NCBI GenBank assembly: GCA_016186115.1
Contig: JACPMK010000002.1
Span: 340,323-395,297 of the forward strand
DNA from: Candidatus Wildermuthbacteria bacterium
GTDB taxonomy: Bacteria; Patescibacteriota; Minisyncoccia; Minisyncoccales; UBA10102
Length of the DNA stretch: 54,975 nt
Direction: 5' to 3'
Shown here: positions 31,510-40,683 of the stretch, piece by piece
Position numbering within the stretch: position 1 is the first letter of the stretch
How the letters are laid out: each line of letters begins with the position of its first letter
Notes under the pieces: generated by a model
Told to the model about the DNA's origin: nothing
What the model saw: only the letters and a program-made list of their open reading frames with translations
The model's database searches: none
Translations under genes and position numbers: made by a program

Positions 31510-31760
31510 CTATCGCAATGAATACTGAAGCATCATACGTAATGATGCTTTGCCTTTCTTGGTTTTAAATATATCTCTCTACGCTTTGCATCTCTCTTAT
31601 CTTTATATGCTTCGTAAAAAATAATTTGTAATGGTCTCCTTGATCTAGTTGATATTACCTCGCCACTCTGATGCCTTGCAAATCTTTTTCTTAAATCAGT
31701 CGTGTAGCCCGTATACAAAAGACCATCCCTTAAACTCTTTAATATATACACGTAGTACAT
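31510..31760 (-). pseudogene. Small GIY-YIG endonuclease with a -1 frameshift near the C-terminus (pseudogene or recoded)
   Basis: YYVYIL..LYTGYTTDLRKRF..H..REIYLK. Frame 0 stops at 31533; the -1 frame gives TKKGKASLRMMLQYSLR* ending at 31510, directly before the speD ATG. Confidence 0.75.
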
Positions 31761-31782
31761 AAAATAATGTAGGGGCGAAGGC

Positions 31783-31835
31783 GGTGTGAATCACGCAGGG
31801 TTCACACCAGCCATGCACCCTACGTGGTGCATGGC
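31783..31835 (-). other. Two adjacent hairpins with complementary loops in the tRNA-Ser 3' trailer
   Basis: GCCATGCACC-ACGTAG-GGTGCATGGC and GGTGTGAA-CCCTGCGTGA-TTCACACC; CACGTAGGG can pair with CCCTGCGTG. Confidence 0.6.
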
Positions 31836-31921
31836 GGAGGGTGTGGGAATCGAACCCACAGACCGCTTTTAGACGGTCGCAGTTTAGCAAACTGCTGCCT
31901 TGCCATTCGGCGCAACCCTCC
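31832..31921 (-). tRNA. tRNA-Ser(GCT)
   Basis: Acceptor GGAGGGT/ACCCTCC, arm GCAGT-TTGCTAA-ACTGC, long variable arm, CCA encoded. Confidence 0.95.
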
Positions 31922-32041
31922 ATAGTAACGTTTTTATAATACCCTAAACGATCCATCGTTTCAATGGAGAAGCATCCTATTTGAAGAATACCGAACATCT
32001 GGAAAAATCAAGCAAATTGTGATAATCTTGCTATGCAGTAT

Positions 32042-32113
32042 GTCCCCATAGCTCAACGGATAGAGTGCAGCCCTGCGGAGGCTGAAATGGAGGTTCGATT
32101 CCTCCTGGGGACA
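32042..32113 (+). tRNA. tRNA-Arg(GCG)
   Basis: Acceptor GTCCCCA/TGGGGAC, arm CAGCC-CTGCGGA-GGCTG, GGTTCGATTCC; CCA not encoded. Confidence 0.93.
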
Positions 32114-32127
32114 CTGAAGGAAAGCAA

Positions 32128-34257
32128 ATGAATTTTACAACGCCGCTCTCGGCCGTTCCGCGCATAGGGCCGGTCTTTCAAAAACGCTTGAAAAAATTGG
32201 GGATCACTACGGTTCGTGATCTGCTTTTTTATTTTCCCAGAACGTATGAAGACCTCTCCAAAATCACTCCGATAGCAGAGATAAAAGAAGGAACATTTTA
32301 TTGCATTGCAGGAGAAATTCTTGAAATAAGCGAGGAACGGACATTTAAAAAACGCATGCATCTCACTCATGCCATTGTCCGAGATGATACGGGAACCATA
32401 AAAGCTCTCTGGTTTAACCAACCCTATCTGCCGCAAACCCTCCGAAAGGGAGAGAGAATGTACCTTGCGGGAAGAGTAGTGCGCGACGCCAAAGGTATTT
32501 ATCTTTCCAATCCCATCTATGAAAAATTTGCTGAAGGAGAAATGAATCTTATTCACACCGGAAGAATCATCCCGGTATATCCTGAAACCAGAGGTATTTC
32601 TTCGCGATGGCTGCGTTCAATTATACGCATTATCCTGCAAGGATTAACAGAAAAAATTGAGGATGCCATTCCCGAGAAAATTACGCAAGAAGAGCGTTTT
32701 CTACCCCTGCAAACAGCGCTCAAACAAATTCATTTTCCTGATACGTTAGAAAATATCGAAAAAGCAAAAAAACGCTTTTCATTTGAAGAACTCTTCTTTA
32801 TTTCGCTTTTCGTATTAACCGAACGAAAAAAAATCGCAAGCGTGAAAGCGGTTCCCATTCCCTTTGATGAGCAACTGATGAAAAAATTCACCTCCTCGCT
32901 CCCCTTTCAACTTACGGATGCCCAGAAAAAAGCTGCATGGCATATTTTGAAGGATTTGGAAAAGCCGCGGCCCATGAACCGGCTTTTGCAAGGAGATGTG
33001 GGCTCGGGAAAAACCGTGGTCGCAACCATGGCGTCGCTTGCTGTCACCAAGAAGGGATACCAAGCAGTATTTATGGCACCAACAGAAATTCTTGCCCAGC
33101 AACATTTTAAAACCGTTGGGCAATTGCTTGCGCCGTTCAAAATTACGGCTGGCCTTTTGACGGGCAAAGCCGACCGGTTTATTTCTCCCAAACTCCCCAA
33201 TGACTACATTGAAATTTCGAGAAAAAAATTATTGGAAAAAGCGCTTAAAGGAGATATTGATATTCTCATTGGCACTCACGCCTTAATTCAAAAAGAAGTA
33301 CGATTTGGCAAATTGGCACTGGTTATTGTTGACGAACAGCATCGTTTTGGAGTAAAGCAAAGAGCGCAATTGCTTCGTCACGCCCAACTTATTCCTCATT
33401 TGCTTTCTATGACCGCAACGCCTATCCCCCGCACCTTGGCGCTCACCATTTATGGCGATCTTGATCTCACGCTTATTGACGAACTCCCCAAAGGAAGAAA
33501 AAAAATCGAAACGCGGATTATTTCTCCCCAAGAGCGGGAGCAGGCCTATCAATTTATTGCAAAAGAAGTAAAACAGGGGCATCAAGTATTTGTCATTTGC
33601 CCGCGTATAGAAAAATCCGAAATCCGAAATCCGAAATCCGAAACTCCTAACAAAAAAAATGGCTGGTCGGAGACAAAAGCGGTAAAAGAGGAATACGAAA
33701 AGCTATCCAAAGAAATATTCCCCAACCTGCGCATAGCAATGCTGCATGGAAAAATGGCGCAAAAAGAAAAGGAAGAAATTATGCGCAAATTCAAATTCGG
33801 AAAAATTGATATCCTTGTTTCAACCTCGGTGGTCGAAGTGGGGGTCGACATTCCCAATGCCAGCGTCATGATGATTGAGGGGGCTGACCGCTTTGGTTTG
33901 GCCCAACTTCACCAGTTCCGAGGCAGAGTGGGACGATCAGATCAACAATCGCATTGTTTTCTTTTTACCGAATCATCCTCGCGAACAGTTGCGGAACGAT
34001 TACGGGCGCTGGTACGTTTGGAAAGCGGGTTTGAGCTGGCCGAAAAGGATTTACATATGCGCGGCCCCGGAGATTTTAACGGGGTAAAACAATGGGGCAT
34101 ACCCGACTTTGCAATGCAGCAACTCTCAAATGTAGCACTGGTTGAAAAAGCAAGAGAAGCAGCAAAAAATATTCTCGAAAAAGATATTGCTTTGCACACT
34201 TATCCCCTGCTGAAAAAGAGAGTGGAGGAGTTACGAGAAAAATTACACCTCGAGTAA
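32128..34257 (+). CDS. recG: ATP-dependent DNA helicase RecG
   Basis: LLQGDVGSGKT, DEQHRFGV, MTATPIPRTL, QLHQFRGRVGR, RGPG. Confidence 0.98.
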   Translation: MNFTTPLSAVPRIGPVFQKRLKKLGITTVRDLLFYFPRTYEDLSKITPIAEIKEGTFYCIAGEILEISEERTFKKRMHLTHAIVRDDTGTIKALWFNQPYLPQTLRKGERMYLAGRVVRDAKGIYLSNPIYEKFAEGEMNLIHTGRIIPVYPETRGISSRWLRSIIRIILQGLTEKIEDAIPEKITQEERFLPLQTALKQIHFPDTLENIEKAKKRFSFEELFFISLFVLTERKKIASVKAVPIPFDEQLMKKFTSSLPFQLTDAQKKAAWHILKDLEKPRPMNRLLQGDVGSGKTVVATMASLAVTKKGYQAVFMAPTEILAQQHFKTVGQLLAPFKITAGLLTGKADRFISPKLPNDYIEISRKKLLEKALKGDIDILIGTHALIQKEVRFGKLALVIVDEQHRFGVKQRAQLLRHAQLIPHLLSMTATPIPRTLALTIYGDLDLTLIDELPKGRKKIETRIISPQEREQAYQFIAKEVKQGHQVFVICPRIEKSEIRNPKSETPNKKNGWSETKAVKEEYEKLSKEIFPNLRIAMLHGKMAQKEKEEIMRKFKFGKIDILVSTSVVEVGVDIPNASVMMIEGADRFGLAQLHQFRGRVGRSDQQSHCFLFTESSSRTVAERLRALVRLESGFELAEKDLHMRGPGDFNGVKQWGIPDFAMQQLSNVALVEKAREAAKNILEKDIALHTYPLLKKRVEELREKLHLE
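33613..33640 (+). repeat. (AAATCCG)x4 perfect heptamer array inside recG
   Basis: Read directly; encodes KSEIRNPKSE. Confidence 0.95.
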
Positions 34258-35796
34258 CTTCCTAAATTTTGGGGTTGACCAGAAGCCAAGATATTTTCCA
34301 AACATCAAACGAATCTGGGCCTCAATGGCCGGGATCGAAGAAAAAATCATAACGAAAGGAAGCAACAGCCATTGCAGCACAAAAAATACGATCCGCGGCA
34401 TCCCAAATTGCTTTACATTGATTGGGAACAAAAGAATGCTCAAATATACCGAACCAATAAGTCCAACAATTCCGACCCGCAAGATCCCCGTGGCAAGACG
34501 GGGAAGATTATAAGAAAGCAAACTTTGCGCAAACTCCTGTCCTCCTAAAACAAGCGGTAGCCACCCTAAAAAGAGAATGAGGATGGAAGCAGTCGCCCAC
34601 GACCAGAATCCGAAAAACACCTCCCAGCCGGGAGAAATTTTTTTTGATAATGAGATACGCTTGTTTTTAAGAAACCCAAAAAGAAAATAGGGAACATCGG
34701 CCACGCCGTATGCCCATCTTCGCTGCTGCTTATAAATATTTTTAAGGGTATCCAAAAAACGCGGGGCAACATTTGCATCCATAGAAATAGGATAATAAAG
34801 AGGAATGGTTTGGTAGTTCCCATTGTAATAAAGATAGCATTGCCAAAAGATCCGCGAATCATCGGATACCACATTGGTTTGCTTGAATCCAACATCTACC
34901 AGCGCCTGAAAATTCATCGCATGGGAAGAAAATGTTATGAGTTTTTCTGGTCGCGACTGATTCATCATATGCCAGAAAGTAGAGTTAAAGGAGAACACCC
35001 GCGAAATTGCCGGAACTTCCATAATATTGTTCAAAAAAAGAGGGACTGGCTGAAAAGAACAGTGAAGAGGATCGGGCGTCGTGAGAAAAACATGGGTAAG
35101 GCGGCCAAAATATTCGGGATACACAATGGTATCTGCGTCAAGCGAGGTCACAAGAATACGGTCATACGGGATAGAAAGTGCATCAATGATTTCTTTCTTC
35201 ACTTCTTTCACTGCCCAAGTTTCATTGGAGGCCTTGCCTGCGATTTCCCCGGCGATATTGGCGGGATGAAACGCAACGTGAAAACGGAAAAAACAATTTT
35301 CAAATTCTTTTTGCAAAAGTGAAGCGACCATTCTGCCTTCTGGCCCAGCGCGTTCTTCAATTCCCAACACCACAATCATCCGTTCTTTGGGATAATGGGC
35401 ATTCTTGAGAGAAAGTAATGTTCCTCGCAAAACATCGAGGGGCTCACGGTACGTTGGAATAAGGATCAGATGAAAGATGTCTTTCCATGCTGGCGATAGC
35501 TTTTCTAACTCTTTGACCCAATCAATTTTTTCGTTGCGGCGCATTTGGCGATAGGAATATTGGAGATGAAAAGAAAAATAGATTAGCCGCACAAACCAAT
35601 ACACAATGAACACAATAATAAAAATACTAATTCCAACCGGAAAAAGCCACGAAAAAAGAAAGGCGAGAAGAAACACTACCAAAGTAAAGCAGCCCGGAAA
35701 TATCTCGAGCAAGCGGTAAATAGTTCGATCATGAGGATTTTCAATGTCAGACGCCCGGCCAATATGAAGATAAGAGTCGGCAACAACCCTAGTCAT
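34243..35796 (-). CDS. Membrane glycosyltransferase family 2
   Basis: IPTYRE, DAD, SDD, QQRRWAYG, flanking TM helices. Confidence 0.88.
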   Translation of the reverse strand: MTRVVADSYLHIGRASDIENPHDRTIYRLLEIFPGCFTLVVFLLAFLFSWLFPVGISIFIIVFIVYWFVRLIYFSFHLQYSYRQMRRNEKIDWVKELEKLSPAWKDIFHLILIPTYREPLDVLRGTLLSLKNAHYPKERMIVVLGIEERAGPEGRMVASLLQKEFENCFFRFHVAFHPANIAGEIAGKASNETWAVKEVKKEIIDALSIPYDRILVTSLDADTIVYPEYFGRLTHVFLTTPDPLHCSFQPVPLFLNNIMEVPAISRVFSFNSTFWHMMNQSRPEKLITFSSHAMNFQALVDVGFKQTNVVSDDSRIFWQCYLYYNGNYQTIPLYYPISMDANVAPRFLDTLKNIYKQQRRWAYGVADVPYFLFGFLKNKRISLSKKISPGWEVFFGFWSWATASILILFLGWLPLVLGGQEFAQSLLSYNLPRLATGILRVGIVGLIGSVYLSILLFPINVKQFGMPRIVFFVLQWLLLPFVMIFSSIPAIEAQIRLMFGKYLGFWSTPKFRKLLEV

Positions 35797-35889
35797 ATAA
35801 CTTATATTCTGTCATGTAAGCTCACAAATTCCAAGGGTTTGAGGTTGATTTTTCGCGAATTTTTGGTATACTACACCCGATGCTCACAT

Positions 35890-35964
35890 GGTCCCGTCGT
35901 CTAGCCCGGCCTAGGACACCAGGTTTTCATCCTGACAACACGGGTTCGAATCCCGTCGGGACCG
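35890..35964 (+). tRNA. tRNA-Glu(TTC)
   Basis: Acceptor GGTCCCG/CGGGACC, loop TTTTCAT, GGTTCGAATCC; upstream TTGATT-16-TATACT promoter. Confidence 0.93.
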
Positions 35965-35983
35965 CTGCTTCGCCTCCACCCCC

Positions 35984-37069
35984 ATGAAAATTCTTGGCAT
36001 TGAAACATCCTGCGATGACACAGGAATTGCAATTGTTGAAGTAAGCGTCCGCCATGGGCGGACGCGTTTTAAAATTCTCTCCAATATCATCTCTTCGCAA
36101 GTCGAGATCCATAAAAAATACGGGGGAGTATATCCCATGCTTGCAAAAAGAGAGCACGAAAAAAATCTTCCCATCGTGCTCGATCAAGCGCTCCGTCAAA
36201 TGAACATCAATTCTATCCCATCGCATCAAATTGATGTTGTTGCGTGTACGCAGGGGCCGGGCCTTTCCCCTTGCCTATGGACAGGGCTCAACTTTGCAAA
36301 GAATATTGCCGAAGAATGGGATGTTCCCCTAATTCCCGTTGATCACATCGAAGCCCATTTGCTCATTGGTTTGCTTTTTCAAAATACTCAATACCAAATA
36401 CGAAATACTAAATACTTTCCTGCGGTTGCTTTGATTGTTTCTGGCGGGCACACCCAGCTCGTGCTCGTAGAAAAAATGGGCAGTTATAGAATTATTGGCG
36501 AAACAAGAGATGACGCCGCCGGAGAAGCATTCGACAAAACCGCAAGAATTTTAGGACTGGGTTTCCCCGGTGGCCCCGAGATTGCAAAAATAGCATCTCA
36601 ATACAAGATACAAAATACTAAATACAAAATACGTCTCCCTAGGCCGATGCTGCACACCAAAGATTACGATTTCAGTTTCTCGGGATTAAAAACCGCGGTG
36701 CTGTACGACTACCAATCGCGCTCGCCAAGAGAAAGAAGGTCCAAAGCATACATTCAAGCAATGGCAGCAGAAATCCAACAGGCAATTACAGATGTGCTCA
36801 TTGCAAAAACCATTCGAGCTGCTGAAGAATACCGCGCGAAAACAATAATTCTTGGCGGAGGGGTGGCAGCAAATGTAGAACTCCGCCAACAGCTTTCATA
36901 CCAAATACAAAATACTACATATAAAATACAGTTCCTCATTCCTCCTCCGCATTTGTGTACGGACAATGGCGCCATGATCGCAATCGCCGGCTATTTTAAA
37001 TTTTTGCACAAAAAATATATCGGTCCGGAAGCTGAAGTTGAAGCCAAGCCCAATTTAAGGATAGAATAA
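35984..37069 (+). CDS. tsaD: tRNA t6A biosynthesis protein TsaD
   Basis: ILGIETSCDDT, HIEAH, SGGHT, DDAAGEAFDK, FSFSGLKT, TDNGAMIA. Confidence 0.98.
   Translation: MKILGIETSCDDTGIAIVEVSVRHGRTRFKILSNIISSQVEIHKKYGGVYPMLAKREHEKNLPIVLDQALRQMNINSIPSHQIDVVACTQGPGLSPCLWTGLNFAKNIAEEWDVPLIPVDHIEAHLLIGLLFQNTQYQIRNTKYFPAVALIVSGGHTQLVLVEKMGSYRIIGETRDDAAGEAFDKTARILGLGFPGGPEIAKIASQYKIQNTKYKIRLPRPMLHTKDYDFSFSGLKTAVLYDYQSRSPRERRSKAYIQAMAAEIQQAITDVLIAKTIRAAEEYRAKTIILGGGVAANVELRQQLSYQIQNTTYKIQFLIPPPHLCTDNGAMIAIAGYFKFLHKKYIGPEAEVEAKPNLRIE
36381..36929 (+). repeat. Three separate 5x degenerate heptamer (NAAATAC) arrays inside tsaD: 36381-36415, 36598-36632, 36895-36929
   Basis: e.g. aaaatac tcaatac caaatac gaaatac taaatac; encode QNTQYQIRNTKY, QYKIQNTKYKI, YQIQNTTYKIQ. 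Confidence 0.9.
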
Positions 37070-37080
37070 GGATATACCAC

Positions 37081-39210
37081 ATGCTAGAACTCGCAAAAAC
37101 CTACAACGCAAAAGAAATTGAAGACAAAATATACAAGCTCTGGGAAAAGAGCGGATTTTTTAATCCGAATAAGTTGCCCAGAACATACAAAAAGCCGTTC
37201 ACTATTATCATGCCGCCGACTAATGCCAATGGCTCTTTGCATGCGGGACACGGTTTAGTGTTAACGATTGAAGACATTATGATTCGCTATAAAAGAATGC
37301 GGGGGTATAAAACATTATGGCTTCCCGGTTTAGATCACGCCGGATTTGAAACTCAAGTTGTGTACGAAAGACAACTGGAAAAAGAGGGCCGGTCGCGTTT
37401 CACCATGAAGCCGGGGGATCTCTATCAAGAAATCATGGAGTTCACCATGCGCAACAAAAAGAACATCGAAGACCAAACAAAAAAGATAGGATCATCTTGC
37501 GATTGGTCGCGCGAAAAATTCACGCTCGATGCCGATATTATTAAAACCGTGTATTCCACATTCAAGAAACTATACAACGATGGTTTGGTGTACCGCGGAA
37601 GAAGAATCGTTCACTGGTGTCCCAAGCACCAGACATCTCTCTCTGATTTGGAAACAATCGATAAAAAGCAGACAGACAAATTGTACTATTTGCAATACGG
37701 CCCCTTTACCATAGCCACTGCCCGCCCCGAAACCAAATTCGGCGATAAATATGTAGTTATGCATCCCGACGACAAAAGATATAAAGATTACAAGCACGGC
37801 CAGAAAATAGAGCTGGAATGGATAAACGGCAAGGTTACTGCGACGGTCATTAAGGACAAGGCAATTGACATGTCTTTTGGCACGGGAGTAATGACTATTA
37901 CTCCCTGGCATGATGCGGTTGACTTTGATATCGCCGAACGCCATAGCTTAGACAAAGAACAAATTATAGATTTTCAAGGGCGCCTACTGCCCATTGCCGG
38001 AGAATTTGCCGGAATGAAAATTGGAGAAGCTCGCCCCAAAATCGTTGAAAAATTGCAGGCGAAGGGGCTACTCGTAAAAATAGATGAAAATTATACGCAT
38101 GTTGTAAAAACCTGCTACAAATGCGGCGCGCTCATCGAGCCCCAAATAAAAGACCAGTGGTTTGTGAAAATGAAACCATTGGCGGAACCCGCCATCGAAG
38201 CAATTAAGAAAAATAAAATCAGGTTCATACCGGCCCATTACAAAAAAATCTCCCTCCACTGGCTACAAAATATTATTGACTGGAACATTTCAAGACAAAT
38301 TGTCTGGGGCATTCCCATACCCGCAAAGATTTGCGACAGTTGCGGAGCCGGAATTGTCGATATTGAGAACAAAATTTCTGCTTGCCACAAATGCAATGGG
38401 TCCGTCCGAAAAGAAACCGATACCTTTGACACCTGGTTTTCTTCCGGACAGTGGCCGTTCGCCGCACTGGGATACCCTTCCTCCAAAGATTACAAAACAT
38501 TCTACCCGACTCAAGTCATGGAAACTGCGGGAGAAATTATCTTTTTCTGGGTATGCCGCATGATCATGCTCGGCCTCTACGTAAGCAAGAAAATTCCCTT
38601 TGAAAATGTATACCTCCATGGCTTGGTGCTGGACGCGAAAGGCCAAAAAATGAGCAAGAGCCGAGGAAATGTGATTAACCCCTTGGATTTAACGGAGAAG
38701 TACGGAACAGATGCATTTAGAATAGGAATGGTTGTGGGAAATACGCCGGGTACTTCTCTGGCGTTAAACGAAGACAGAATTCGCGGATACAAGAATTTTG
38801 CGAACAAGATTTGGAACGCTTCCCGATTTGTGCTCATGAATGTGAAAGATTACAAACCAGGTACGCGAGTAGTTTTAAATCAAAAACAGAAAAAAACGCT
38901 GGCTGATTTTAAAAAAGAGGTAAAAGAAATAGAAAAGCTCATGGATTCTTTTAAGTTTTATATTGCTGCAGAAAAAATCTACCACTATTTTTGGCACACA
39001 TTCTGCGACAACATTATAGAGGAAAATAAAACAAAATTATCTGGCACGGCAAAAGAAAGAAGGGCAAGCCAATATCTGCTTTTGGAGATTCTTTCTTCTT
39101 CCTTAAAGATTCTTCACCCTTTCATGCCCCTTATAACGGAAGAAATCTACCAGCAATTGCCCCTGAAAAATAAGAAGAAAACATTAATGATCGAACAATG
39201 GCCACAATAA
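37081..39210 (+). CDS. valS: Valine--tRNA ligase (short form)
   Basis: HAGH, DHAGFETQ, DWNISRQIVWG, DTWFSS, KMSKS. Confidence 0.96.
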   Translation: MLELAKTYNAKEIEDKIYKLWEKSGFFNPNKLPRTYKKPFTIIMPPTNANGSLHAGHGLVLTIEDIMIRYKRMRGYKTLWLPGLDHAGFETQVVYERQLEKEGRSRFTMKPGDLYQEIMEFTMRNKKNIEDQTKKIGSSCDWSREKFTLDADIIKTVYSTFKKLYNDGLVYRGRRIVHWCPKHQTSLSDLETIDKKQTDKLYYLQYGPFTIATARPETKFGDKYVVMHPDDKRYKDYKHGQKIELEWINGKVTATVIKDKAIDMSFGTGVMTITPWHDAVDFDIAERHSLDKEQIIDFQGRLLPIAGEFAGMKIGEARPKIVEKLQAKGLLVKIDENYTHVVKTCYKCGALIEPQIKDQWFVKMKPLAEPAIEAIKKNKIRFIPAHYKKISLHWLQNIIDWNISRQIVWGIPIPAKICDSCGAGIVDIENKISACHKCNGSVRKETDTFDTWFSSGQWPFAALGYPSSKDYKTFYPTQVMETAGEIIFFWVCRMIMLGLYVSKKIPFENVYLHGLVLDAKGQKMSKSRGNVINPLDLTEKYGTDAFRIGMVVGNTPGTSLALNEDRIRGYKNFANKIWNASRFVLMNVKDYKPGTRVVLNQKQKKTLADFKKEVKEIEKLMDSFKFYIAAEKIYHYFWHTFCDNIIEENKTKLSGTAKERRASQYLLLEILSSSLKILHPFMPLITEEIYQQLPLKNKKKTLMIEQWPQ

Positions 39211-40058
39211 GCCCTATTTTTCTTTTGCTTCTTGGATTAGTCCCTAGCGCAATCTGGCTGTTGTTTTATTTGAGAAAAGATGCCCACCCCGAGCCAAAAC
39301 ACATGGTTCTGCGCGTTTTCCTCTTGGGAATGCTGGCAACGTTTCCAGTGATCTTTCTTGAAAAAATAGTCAAAATTATTATTGACTGCGGCGATCTGGC
39401 AAAGTTTCTACGACTACCCTTCTCTTTACCCTCATGCGCTTCTCCTCTTTCTTCTTTTTTGCCAGAACCACTATTTTGGATTCTCTATTTTGTTATCGGG
39501 GTAGCGCTTATCGAAGAATTATTTAAATATCTTGCGGCGCGGTTTGGTTCGTTTTCCAATCCCAATCTTGACGAGCCGGTGGATGTCATGATCTATATGA
39601 TTGTCTCTGCATTGGGATTTGCCGCGCTCGAAAATATGCTCTTAATCACCCAACTTCTTTCTAACACTCCTACGCCTGCCTCTCCTTCAGAAATTGTCTG
39701 GGTTGTTGCGCTCCGTTTCCTTGAAGCAACTTCTCTGCATGCGCTCGCTTCGGGAATATTCGGCTATGCGCTTGCATTTTCGCTTTTTCAACGGAGGCAC
39801 CATGCCATGTTCTATTTTCTGCCGGGGCTGGCAGTCGCAACTCTCTTGCATGGAGTGTTTAACTTTTATATAGTATCAGTAGAAACAGTAGAAAAAGAAA
39901 ACCTCTTTCCTTTTCATATACTCTTGATCTTCGCTCTTTTGGCAATAGGACTTTTTGTATCACTCGGATTTCAACAGCTAAAAAGAATAATCCCCACAAC
40001 CAATAATGTCGCCTCATCAATCTCTTCAAACCCAACCCTCGCTCCAAGAAAAAAGTGA
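39198..40058 (+). CDS. PrsW family intramembrane metalloprotease
   Basis: EELFK, GFAALEN, SLHA, LLHGVFN. Confidence 0.9.
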   Translation: MATISPIFLLLLGLVPSAIWLLFYLRKDAHPEPKHMVLRVFLLGMLATFPVIFLEKIVKIIIDCGDLAKFLRLPFSLPSCASPLSSFLPEPLFWILYFVIGVALIEELFKYLAARFGSFSNPNLDEPVDVMIYMIVSALGFAALENMLLITQLLSNTPTPASPSEIVWVVALRFLEATSLHALASGIFGYALAFSLFQRRHHAMFYFLPGLAVATLLHGVFNFYIVSVETVEKENLFPFHILLIFALLAIGLFVSLGFQQLKRIIPTTNNVASSISSNPTLAPRKK

Positions 40059-40482
40059 AGAAAAGAAAAAAATCCCGATCAAAGAAGAACCGGCAGAAAA
40101 AGAGACCCGCTCCCAAAAAGAAGGAAACGAAGGAAAGGATTGGCTGGTTGCAGAAGGAGAGCTCGCGATTGATATGTATCAAACAGAAAGCGAAATTGTG
40201 ATGCAGGCAGCAATCGCCGGCATCGGAAGCAACGACCTCGAAGTTATCATCGAAAAAGATATTGTGACTATCAGCGGAGAACGAAGAAATCCCCTTGATC
40301 AGGAATCCAAGGAGTATTTTTATCAGGAATGTTTTTGGGGACCGTTCTCGCGCCAAATAATTCTGCCCGAAGAAGTGGACGTTGCCAAGGCAGAAGCAAC
40401 AATCAAAAACGGCATCTTCACTCTGCGCATCCCCAAGGACCAAGAAAAAATCAGAGTCAAAAAAATCAAAGTAAAAGGATAA
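40006..40482 (+). CDS. Hsp20/alpha-crystallin small heat-shock protein
   Basis: IDMYQT, ISGER, ECFWGPFSRQIILP, NGIFTLRIPK; start uncertain. Confidence 0.93.
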   Translation: MSPHQSLQTQPSLQEKSEEKKKIPIKEEPAEKETRSQKEGNEGKDWLVAEGELAIDMYQTESEIVMQAAIAGIGSNDLEVIIEKDIVTISGERRNPLDQESKEYFYQECFWGPFSRQIILPEEVDVAKAEATIKNGIFTLRIPKDQEKIRVKKIKVKG

Positions 40483-40488
40483 GAAAGT

Positions 40489-40573
40489 TGGTGCCCTCGA
40501 GAGGACTCGAACCTCTATACCTTGCGGCATGGGGTCCTAAACCCCACGTGTCTACCAATTTCACCACGAGGGC
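40489..40573 (-). tRNA. tRNA-Leu(TAG)
   Basis: Acceptor GCCCTCG/CGAGGGC, arm TGGGG-TTTAGGA-CCCCA, variable arm, CCA encoded. Confidence 0.95.
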
Positions 40574-40683
40574 ATTTCATAACTATTATCCGCCAATTTG
40601 TCAAAGAAATCAACTGCTAGCAAATAAAACGATGGAAGATATGAATATCTTCCATCGTTTGTATTGTTCCCTCTGAAAACGAT

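Noticed and set aside
30892..32556. Track ORFs spanning tRNA genes (also 35911-36229, 39859-40676)
   Set aside because: They are shadow frames over tRNAs and real genes.
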